Positions 52,714-63,655 of a DNA stretch of 64,000 nucleotides are shown piece after piece. The notes under the pieces were generated by a model. The model ran no database searches, had not been told where the DNA came from, and saw nothing but the letters and a program-made list of their open reading frames with translations. The stretch spans positions 39,370,001 through 39,434,000 of the forward strand of contig OZ365113.1 of the NCBI GenBank assembly GCA_977030845.1, written 5' to 3'. The position numbers and the translations under genes were made by a program. This DNA is from Fimbriosthenelais zetlandica. Lineage: Eukaryota. How positions within the stretch are numbered: the stretch's first letter is position 1; each line of letters opens with the position of its first letter.

Positions 52714-52763
52714 ACTTCCGGGTGATCTCCCTGCCAATCAAATCAAATCAACAAGATCACGTG
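52714..52763. promoter_or_regulatory. ETS + CCAAT + E-box cluster
   Basis: ACTTCCGG 52714, GCCAATCA 52733, CACGTG 52758. Confidence 0.35.
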
Positions 52764-54138
52764 TTCATCGTCTCCTTTTGAAATCATTAGCCCCATTCAA
52801 AGAGACACGCAAAACATTGACTTCGTTTGTCAGCGTTCAATCGGGAGACTTTGTTTTAAGGAAGACCTGCCTTTTTTGAGCACTTCACCCGAGTCTTTTG
52901 TCTTGTCCAGGGAGACGCTTGGCACAGCGGATACTAGGCATTAATCGCCAGTTTATTGAAAAGTGGGGTGGGGGGACATTCTGAAAAAGCTCCGAGAAGA
53001 TGTGTTCATGGTGACAAGCACTATATAATGTTACTGTGCTTCGTTCATCACCTCCTTTAATTTTCTACATGGCTGTCATGGGAGTAGAGAATGTACTTCA
53101 ATCTCACATTAAAGAGGTGTCACAATAAGCTATGGGTGTATGTCCCCCGATATCATAATGTCCGTCCATTTTCACTTTTTCCCACTTGTCTCCTCCTACT
53201 TTTACTACTTTCTCGAGTTCATTGCCGATGTTATTAAAGCATTATTAGAAACAACCAAGACGGGATGTTTTTTTCTGCTTGACTCTTGTCGTCCACAATT
53301 CCCATACTTCATGTATTTGTCATCGCATGTGATTCAGTGAAGGCGTATCAGGTCGTTTGACAAGAAGGGGCAATGTTTTAACTACGAGTGCTCATATTCA
53401 GTAACTTAACTCATTAAGTGTCCATACACATCACGGTAAACGCCAATTCCAGTGTTATCACTTTCTCCGTGCTGTTTGTGATGTGGAGTAATTTACCTGA
53501 GCCATTCATGACCATCGTCATCTAACCTTATCTCAGTATTACCAACAGGGGTTTAAAGGCAGCCATTCTGTTAGGTTCTATCCTACCACCATTACTACAT
53601 GTACAGATACTAGTTCCACCACTTAATCCATACATTTTTCACCGGGTCTTACTATATATATGGATATTTAAACGTCTAAATCAATAGCTCATCTGGGCTA
53701 TAGGTTGCCACGCCTATTTTTGCAGTGTAAACATATAGGAGGGGTGCCCCAGGGGAAAGGTAAGGAAATAGCACAGATTAACCTTGGATGGGCAAACGGG
53801 GTATCTGTCCGGACAATGATAAGAATTCCCTTGCATACTAATCACACATTAGGCGCGCTCCCTCCATAGAAACGGGGCCTTAAATCACCGTTATCTACAA
53901 TGGGGCTAGACCTGCATGTCATGCCAAAACATCATATACACTTTGTAAGATACAGACGTCTGCGCCCCGACACAAATAGCGCACCAAAAAGTGGGCCTGG
54001 TGCAATAACCATGTACTTTACTTTACAGGCCTTTCTTGCTGACAACTCTCTTGTACCACATGCTGGGAACAAGTGTAATGGGACATGCATGGAATCTATG
54101 ACCTGGGTTTAACATTCACTTTTTCTAATGGTTTTGAT

Positions 54139-54172
54139 ATTAGATACGTCTACTTATTAGATACGTCTACTT
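54139..54172 (+). repeat. Perfect 17-bp tandem duplication
   Basis: attagatacgtctactt x2. Confidence 0.92.
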
Positions 54173-57100
54173 CAAACTGAAAGTAATGTGTCCTCAAATC
54201 ATGCCATCTAGAGTGACGTATAATTCATTCACATATTATGGGGCACTCCTCCCCACACACCCACTCCTTTAAAAAGCTCACATACACGGATATGTGTTCT
54301 CCAAACTGGTTTACTATATCATCGTTTTGTCCTTACATTTTAATTTCGCAAATCTGCTGAAGAAAGCTTGTGCAAATGAGTGACTTTTAGCGAGACCGAA
54401 TGATGACATGCAATGCCCTGGTCTTACATGGCAGCCAATCTCCACGCCATTCCTCATTCATCTACTCCCTCACTCACCTCCCACTCTCACCTCCAACAAC
54501 ACACAACGGCAGCAGCAAAAAGTAATTTTCATTTTGTGACAGCACATTTATGAAGTTTTATTTATGGCGGATGGCGGGTCTGTTAATAAAGCAGTTTCTC
54601 AGTGAGAGAGGGGAAGCCTTTACCAAACGGCCGTTAGCATACATCAAGGCAAGGTTTCCCCCTCCCCCTACACCCACCTCCTAACCCTCATCACTCATAA
54701 ATCCCACCCTACTCAGCATAATCAGGCCCTGCCCGCCTAGAAATGTATAATAACATTTTAATGCCAAACACTTCACACAGCTACCCTAATTCTTACACAA
54801 TATCTCATGGAGCGGGGGACCATAAATAACCAGAATTGCCACCGTGGGACCTGGATTATGAGAGTCACCGCCTCCCCTCCCGCCTTCTCCCCACTGAATA
54901 TTACACAAGTTGCGAGCGAGCTATAGCATTTGCATCCCTGTTTGTCTCGTTATATAGGGAACATAGCTCAAGCCTCAGCACAGCATGTCCCACAAGCTGT
55001 AAATGGTTGTCATATATACAAAGGCAAAGGGATAATTTAGATCTACTATATTCATATGTACAAAAGGATAAGAAGTGGACTCATATATGTATGCGTCCTC
55101 CCTACCATTTGCCTCTATTTGTATATTTCATCTCAACTTAGAGACCGTACTTTTTTCCCCAGTTTTATCAAGTCCAATTGTATGATAATGTATCACTGAC
55201 GTGTATGTATGCATCCAACATGCATCAAGTATATGGACAATTTTTCATTTTCACAAATGTCCAAATAAAAATAAATATCCATGATAAATCACTTATTGAT
55301 AACTCAAATATAAAAATCAATCTGTACCATGATCATCACGTAGAACAGATATGACAGTTACATTTATGATATGAACCCACATACCCTCATAATTGGGAAG
55401 AGAAATGTTTGAGGGTAAATGAGTACATGTGCATGTAGAGGGAGAGTAGAATGGACGGCCTCTCTTAAAGCATCTGCGCCAGATCTACCGACCTGACAGC
55501 GATATCTGTAATTTTGTGTCTCCTTGATGTCTTTTTGGGCCCATCTTCAGGAGACAGAGCGATGGGCCGCTTCCTGAGTCGGCGTTACCCTGGACACGGC
55601 CCTTAAGGACCATTAAGGGGATTATCTTTTTAGCCGAGGATGAGCCAAAATACGGCCGCCTACTCGACGTAATTGCCGACTAAAGATCGGCAGATGGCCC
55701 AGACTAGAGCTACAAGAGGCATCACTGGGAAGGCCTCATTAACTTTACAGGGGACACGTTTGTATAGTATATTAGTGGGTGGCTATATGTATAACACCTT
55801 GTTCAGACTAACAAATGCTATTTTTCTGAATCCCGTTCCTCCATACGTATGAAGAAGGCAAATATGTTAATATGGTGGATCTCACATCACCAAGTCGCTA
55901 TCACTTGAGTTTCCCTGAGTGGGCGTCGTGAGAGATAAAGTCGCCAGGGGAAAACACCACTCCTTATACTACTCACAAACACACGTCATTACCTTCAATT
56001 ACACTCTATTAAAATGGACCTATAACCCAAGACTTATTTGCAACATTGTCCTCGGACTTTCAACAACAGATCCAAGCCACCCGATTCGAAGATTAACCAA
56101 CTCGGATAACGTTTCCCAATTAAGCTGTAATACGATAGGACCAAGTTAAAAAGGCCTGTCAATAATTTGTTTTCAGTTGTCAAGACAATTCGACTCTTGC
56201 CAAATACACGTTGTTCATTTGCTCAAGGGGGAAAAACGATCTGTCATGAACATTAACATCACGGCAATTCCAAGATAGTAGGTGCATAAATGCACGAGTT
56301 ATGCCCGGGTGGTTAGATAACACTACATGCTCTATGGTGTGGAATATGGGGTGCATGCATGGGCATGCGTTTTTGACCAAGATTTAGACCACCGATTTTT
56401 GAAACTGATCCCCCAAAAAGTAAAGCGACACAAAAGAAACCTCTCAGGTATAATGATAACAAACTATTTTGTATCGTACAAGTATCAGTGTTATGCGTAC
56501 ATACTATCCACAGTTTTAGTTTCTTAGGTGTTGTTTCTTATATCCTGCCTGACGGTGACAATGATGTTGCTACTGGATGAAATATAGGGCCCGTTTTCCG
56601 GAAACTTGGCTGTGTTATGCTATTAGAAACATTACAGTGCAAGTGATTTATCAACCTTGGCCAATTTGTGCCTTAATAGTTGATGAGGCTGAGGACAAAT
56701 GGGGTATGATAGCCCAGGCCCAGGTCATATATTCAGCCCACAGCCACTTCTCTAATAACCAACACCTTAAAAACTGATACAGAAATATCTCCATTAGAAA
56801 CAATGGAAAGGCAGAAGAAGGGGAGAAATGCGCTGGCCTTTGATTGCTTTTGTATGGCACGGACAATAGTCATCAATCAAGGATATTGACAGAGCGTCAG
56901 GCTTGCTAATCTGGCAGTATAACAGGCAGTTTGCATAATGATATCAATAAATTAAGAGGTTAAGGTACTGCATATTGAAGACAAAGCAACCATTCCCTGA
57001 TGATAATATGCCTCCTTCCTAGAGCGCTGACACTTTCTGTTCTGGGAACACTTGATGTGGTATTGAGTTGATGCCATGGCTGGTTCTGACAGGCCATTGT

Positions 57101-59900
57101 GGACAAAAATGGCAGGCTGCCTGTCAAGCACCTTTCTAAATGAATCAAGCTCAGTCCCAGTGCAAGTCACTAAATGATGACTGTTAAGAAGGTTATCCCA
57201 AATAATAGAATAGTATAAAGAACTATTTATAATGTGGCCAGGTCTCTCATATTATGCTATATGGATAGTTGCTTTGTGTATATATTTCGGGTCATGGGAA
57301 AGAAATATAATATGTTCGTTTAAATGACATCATATATATAGGCCCAGCATTGTCAGTGACTAAAATTAATGTTTGACTGACATGTGTCCTACAAGGATGT
57401 CACGGATCTGTCAATCTCTAATACTAGCAGTATTTACTGTGGCCTAATTTGAATAACCTGGATATTATGGATAGGAATAACACAGAACATTCTCTGAACA
57501 TAGTGCTTGCAGCTGTCGTCTTCACAATATGAATGTGGCCCGGAGATATCCAGATAACATGTCAAGAAGATATCACCTATTAATTAATTAATCAAACAGG
57601 TACTTTCCAAGTAATTAGTTGACTGGCAGGCAGACCAATAGTACAGATCCAAAAGAAGAGATGCTGGTCCTTATCGTGGATCAAACAACTTGAAAACTAG
57701 GAGGGGAAACCTTGGTAAAATATCTAGAGAAATTCCAGGAAAAGTACTTCTAATTAGCAGCTGCATTTGAATTTAATCAATCTTGACTAATTAGCCTTTC
57801 ATCGAGCTCCGAGTCATAATCTAGATGGCGGCAGTTTCCTGTTCCTCGGCCATCACTCCATATAATTATAGTTATGGCCAGGAGGAAAATTTAAAACACA
57901 TACAAATCCACTAGATCATGTTAATGGGGGGAAAACCAACAACGTGTCGGGAGGGGACAGCAGTGGAAGCTCCATATTATCCTAAGTGACACTGCTGTAG
58001 AAAGGAGCGCTTCCGATTAATAACCTGAAACTTGGCAATCACTGACAATAATTACAACATCCATGTGACTCGAAAATACGAGAACCACCTCAAATACGCT
58101 TGAACACTTCAACAGCACAGATGCAAGATTTATTTCAGGAATTACTACTTTCCTATTCTTGCATTGCAATGCAATTCAATGCTGATATGCAAAGAAGGAG
58201 TTCAACGTTCTGATATTAAATCCAAACATGAACCAGTAAATTCAAGCTTTTCTTCCATAAATAAGGTGTCATATGTTTGGTAATTTCAAGGCAGTGCACA
58301 AATGAGCGAAGCTATTGATAACATAGTAGAGGGGCAGCTTTTATATAAGGTTACTAAATCACATTTTATATTGTCATACATACAGGTGGAGAGGCATTTA
58401 TAGAGTAGCCCATATATACATGGAGGAGAAGTGGTAGATTGGTTGTTTTTCCATTCACATAAATCCAGCATCACCCCCACAATGGACGAATTGCAATTAG
58501 CTCTACCATCATGTTGGATCGATTCATTAATCACACGTAGCGAGCAAGTATGACAACAGCTTAAATTCTGAATGGCGCCCTAATAGGCTGATGCATGTAT
58601 ATAAATCATTGAAGTAATTTAAAGCCAGACAGGGTAGTCTGTCATCCTGGATAAAACCTTAACCCGTCAGCGTGCCTGCCCACATCTAAATCAAGTAGGA
58701 CCAATGGTCAGAGACACAAGGGGCCGGTAGATGCTCAACTAAATCATTAATTTATATCTAAAAACAGGAAATGTATGGGAGAAACGTGGTAAGGCCTATC
58801 GATTAAAACCTGGTATTAAATTAATGAACTAACCTCAGTTCCATAAATTGGCCCCTGAGATCAGAGTGTTTGGCATGGCAGACTTGTAATGGAAATGCAA
58901 CTATCCCTGGTATTGCTATCCAGTTTCCACTAAAATATGGAACAATACTAAAGAGAATGAAAAAATGTACAAATGTACACGAGATAGTTGTATTAAATAA
59001 AGAAATTTGATCTGTTCAGTGAAGTATCGTATAAGGAAGTTGACAGTGTATCAGTCACACATACGGGCAAAAAAAATATTATCAAAACAGATGTTGGTTA
59101 TTATCATCAAAGTCCTAACTTCCTGCTAAGAGGATTTTATCATGAACACTGGGCAATATAAGCCTATGAACTTGAGTCAAACATAACATAGATACACAAT
59201 ATCAGAAAAAACACCAGTCTCTTCTAATGAAGAAAACAGCTTTTAACGTGTTTGTGCGTTGAATATGACCTTCAGAGAAAGAAACTAAGATTAAAACAGA
59301 GCAATCCCTCTTCTCCTTTTAAACACCTCCTTCCTCCTCGATGCATCTTTCCATTGTCACTAAATTGTGCAATTTCCTACGAAATAGCAACATCCAGTTA
59401 AAAAGAGCAAATAGGAAAAAACTAAAAACAACTTTGATGAACTTTGTGAAAGCTTGCGAAACAGAGAAGCTCTGCCATACATTACTCCGAGCAATGAGTC
59501 AGTGTCCCTCAGCCCAGCAGCTGAGGCCCTTATCTCTCCCAATATATCACTCACTTTTTGACGGGGCCGAAAAAATAACTTTTTGAGGCGTTCTGTTCGT
59601 TCTAGGCTGATGTTTCATCATTGTCGGCCGACAAAAAGCTCCTGCCTGGTTCCACTCGTAAATCATGCGTCTATTGTTTACATGACTTTGCAGTGACGTT
59701 TTCGTCCGTAGATAGATGGCGCTCGCGTCAAATCATTCATTGTGTCACGGCGTCCGTTGGATGATGGATTCGGCGCGGCCTGGACATGTAATGAATTGGA
59801 GCTGAAAACGCCCGACCTAGCCATCAATTATTAAAACAGGTGCTAACATATCTGTCTTGTGTAATTTCTTTAATTATGTGTTGGTGATTTAATTTGAGCG

Positions 59901-59979
59901 GGCCAATAACGGGCGCCCGCGACTGCTGCCAACAGTTGGGGGCAATGAGGAGCGCATGCGCCCATGTAGGCAGTCGCGG
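59901..59979. promoter_or_regulatory. GC-rich promoter-like island (CCAAT + perfect NRF1) with nested inverted repeats
   Basis: GGCCAATAAC 59901, GCGCATGCGC 59952, inverted repeat ccgcgactgc/gcagtcgcgg. Confidence 0.5.
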
Positions 59980-61692
59980 TTCGGGGGCACTTCCTTCCCC
60001 CCATTCCCATCCCAACACATCCTCTCCAAAAAGCACATTAGAAAGGTTTTTAAAAAAAAAGCTGGAGGGGGGAAATTGTTGAAATAATGATGGACTTGAG
60101 CACTGTTATTTAGTATGGTAGTGTTAGCATCAGGAGGAGGCTGGGAGAGTTAGTAAACCAGCAATGGGTGTATGGCTAACTTCACCACTTCCCGCTCCTA
60201 CTTTGTCAAAACTGGCCTCTCTACTCTAGCCAGCCTGACTTATAGTGCATAGCCAGCTATTCCGGAGACTGTATCAAATAAACATTGATATACATTAGTG
60301 GTATAAGCTTCCACAAGTGCGTATTTAGACATGCCATAATAGTGCCATAATATTTTATCTTGAGTCGGTTTGTTACACAACAAATGGTCTCACAGGTATC
60401 AAGAGATCCCATTAGATATTTTATAATGATATGCTATCCACCCTATGATTCTGTTATATGATACAACAAGGCGGGTGTTTTTAATTGTAAAAGCCAGGTG
60501 GTGTGGGATAGGGAGGCATGATGATGTAAATGGGATATATAGAGAAGTGGTGTGAGAAAGTTGCAGGTAGAAGGTGACTGTGTCACCAATGAGGCCGACA
60601 AGGGCATGGCAGGTACTACTGATTTATGAGGACTAGCTGTCACATCCGTCAGAGGAAAACACCTATATCACCTCCACAAACACTAGAATGCCCCGCCAAA
60701 AAACACATGGATGATATACATACCTCATACAGGCCGGACAGATGGCGTCATTTAGCGGGGAAGCCCTTTGTCATTCTGTCTAAATATATGGTTCACAGTC
60801 ATTTGCGCTATATTGTAATTGCTGCTAGTCATGTTCGAGTATATAGTGACATGGGGGATGATATTATAGGTGGGGTGGGGTGTATTCACAGCAAGGAAGG
60901 GGGAGCATGATATGCGATATACATGAAAAATTAATGGGCGTATATATCTTGTGTTGGTGCATCTATAGTAAGTATATATAAGCAGGTCCGTTTTGGAGTG
61001 ACTTTGTCATGATAGCAGGATATGACAGTAGTCATCATGCAAAGATCTGTCTACAGATCCATCATCACTACAGATCGGCCTCAAATAGATGACCATACAT
61101 CATGCGGTATGAGGAGGAGGTGGCGGTGGTGGCGCAGTGTTCACTTCTTTGATCTTGGGTCGCTGTTGACCCCATCAGGTCACTTAGAAAAGTACGTTTC
61201 CAGCCTCCAGGGCATATTTTGACCTCCGATATTGTTCCCTTTCCCCCAACATCCACTCGCACACACAATAGGCTGTTGTCCAGGCACTGTGCAGGGCTGG
61301 GCAAAGATGGAGTGTTAGGATTATATTTATTTAATCAAATGCTTTTTAGAAAGATGAAACTGCGCTGCAAACCTGGGTCTTCTTATATACACTATAATCA
61401 AGAATAGCATTCCTGGAACGGACAGGGTGGAAAGTTTCCTCTCTTTCTCCACATTTCACGTTAAGAACCTCCCTCCCTCCACCACCCCGTCCTTCACAGC
61501 CAGACTCTCTGGGCGAACCATTCCCCAAATTTGCCCGTGTCGGGGGCCGCGGGACCTGGGGGTGATGTATGGGTCTCGGGCCAACTTGTAGCACCATCTA
61601 TCCGTCTGTACATCTGTCACTCAGTGCACAAAATGCCAACAAAACAATCACATAAGCCCGCCCCCCATAAACCTGACTCCGGGCTCCTCTAC

Positions 61693-61709
61693 TGGCGCCC
61701 CCTCGAGGG
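61693..61709 (-). promoter_or_regulatory. CTCF-like site
   Basis: CCCTCGAGGGGGCGCCA versus consensus CCASYAGRKGGCRS. Confidence 0.4.
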
Positions 61710-62093
61710 CCTGTCGGGGACGCGGAGCACCAGGCAAGCAGCGCCATCTTAGATTCACCAGAATTTACGCCCACGATACACTGAGGCGATTCTTACCCCA
61801 GTTGCTCACTTCATGGCTAGACCTCAAAAAACGGATTTGTTTTTTCAAATACTTACTAATCTGATTTGCTGATTTCTTTCTGTTATCTTAGTCAATAACT
61901 GGTCCTTCAATGGCGAAAAAGCCAATGCCCATCTTAATCCTTAGAGGTAGTATAGGTCTATCATTTTCCAACGCTACCTATCAAGGACTATCTATATCAA
62001 TAGAGATCTCCTTATATTTGTTTAATCAGCCACATATCAAACTTACCATCAAGTAGATGGTCCACCGGTAATACTGAGGAAGGGGTTGGGGGC

Positions 62094-62107
62094 GGGGGGG
62101 GGGGGGG
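62094..62107 (+). repeat. Poly-G (14 nt) in a G-rich tract
   Basis: Direct reading. Confidence 0.9.
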
Positions 62108-63641
62108 AGGTGTCCTCAGGGCCTTTCGATCAGATTTCCTAGTCAATCATCACCCTGGTAGGGACGCGTCATGGCCAAGGGCAAGAACAACACCAAAGCT
62201 GTGCCCCGCCACCACATAACAAACGGCTTTTCGTCATGAATACAAGTTATGACATGTAAACAACACAGTCAAGTCCGACATGATTTTTCTTCTCGACTGA
62301 ATTTGTCACACGCAACCAATATTATGGTTGGGAAGTGGTGGCAGGGTTGGCATGGGAGATGGGGGAAGGGGGAATGGGAGGGTGACTTGAAGGGAGAAAG
62401 AGTGATAAATCTGGGAAAGAACAGCAGCTGCCCTGACTACAAATGCCATACTTCAAGCCAGTCGGCCTCTCAAAGTCATGGAAATGAAATGATCAATTTG
62501 CTCCTCTTTTTACCTGTTTCATAACAATATTGGAGCTGGCCCTGATCACATTTCTAGAATGAATAATAACTCTGCCTGGAATCAGTAGCGAATTATGATG
62601 GGTCCTAGATCACCCGCCTAATTAACTTTCGGTAGTATTTTGGTTCTTTTAATCATTATAAATCTCAAGCGTAAAAAGGGGAAACATTTTCATAAATTCC
62701 CCCTCTCTTCCTCCGCTCGAGCCGCGATAATACTATGATACTGATAAAAATCCAAAGACTTGGCGAGCATGGAAGTTAAATTTTATAGCCCTTGCACTGG
62801 CACTCAATCTAAATGTTTTTACTGATATTTAACGTGAGTAATGGAATCCCTGGCTTGTTTCGTACTCTCGCCAGCCAGCAACGATCAACATTTTGTGACA
62901 CAAATCAGCCAGATTAGAAGGCTGTCTGTGTATAGGTTCTGTAACCGTATCTAAGCACAGCGGCCCACTCTGGAGTTGGTCTGTCACACTCTTCCCGCTT
63001 CACTCATTTACAACTCGCCTCTCTCAGGGCATCTAAATGTCAGTTGATCGCTGCAAAACATGGCAATGCTAACCCATAAAAATGCAAATATAAACATCAC
63101 GGGCATGGAAACGGCGCCTGGGTCGACGGTAGCCGGGCTACTAAACTAACCTAACTACATTCTTATACACTTAGATTCTGTTCACTTGGAGGAGCGTCCT
63201 TAGCAACGCCAAAATGGCCAGCAAAAGTGAGCTAGCATAATGTGAGTGAGGCCACTCATTACATGTGGGTCATTAACGCGCATGATGTATTTAAAACAAA
63301 GCTTCTGAATGTTTCATTAGATGCGCGAACCTCAAATTACCAGAAACAACTAATCATCTCATGTTGCGGTGAAACAGGGGTAAAGAAATAGACCTGCTCA
63401 ATTAATAAAGGCCAGGCTTTTAATCTTGAGGACCCATAGAAATCGAGTATTTTCAGAGCACAGAAAGGGAATAGGGATGTTTGCATCCTTTCCTCAAAGG
63501 TTGTTTCCTCATATTCCAGGGCAAACATCATATAGTTTTCATAAGAAATGTGCAAGAAATGTTGTGTTCTTCAATTCAAATGAATTTTCCCAAAGCTCGG
63601 GAAGCTTAGCAAATGAGTTAAGCTTGGCCTCAGATATTTGT

Positions 63642-63655
63642 GTTGCTATGGTAAC
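63642..63655. promoter_or_regulatory. RFX X-box
   Basis: GTTGCTATGGTAAC. Confidence 0.45.

Noticed and set aside
3535-61155. TCF/LEF (CTTTGWW) and AP-1 (TGASTCA) sites
   Set aside because: Manual counts (about 24 and about 12) are close to rough expectations (about 25 and about 8), so there is no enrichment; they serve as negative controls.
1156-63348. 14-nt identity aattaccagaaaca at 1156 and 63335
   Set aside because: Matches of 13-14 nt are expected by chance in 64 kb, and the flanks do not extend.
63450-63512. MRKQPLRK... as a possible tsh exon 1
   Set aside because: Only RKQ matches, and it runs to a stop with no splice donor.
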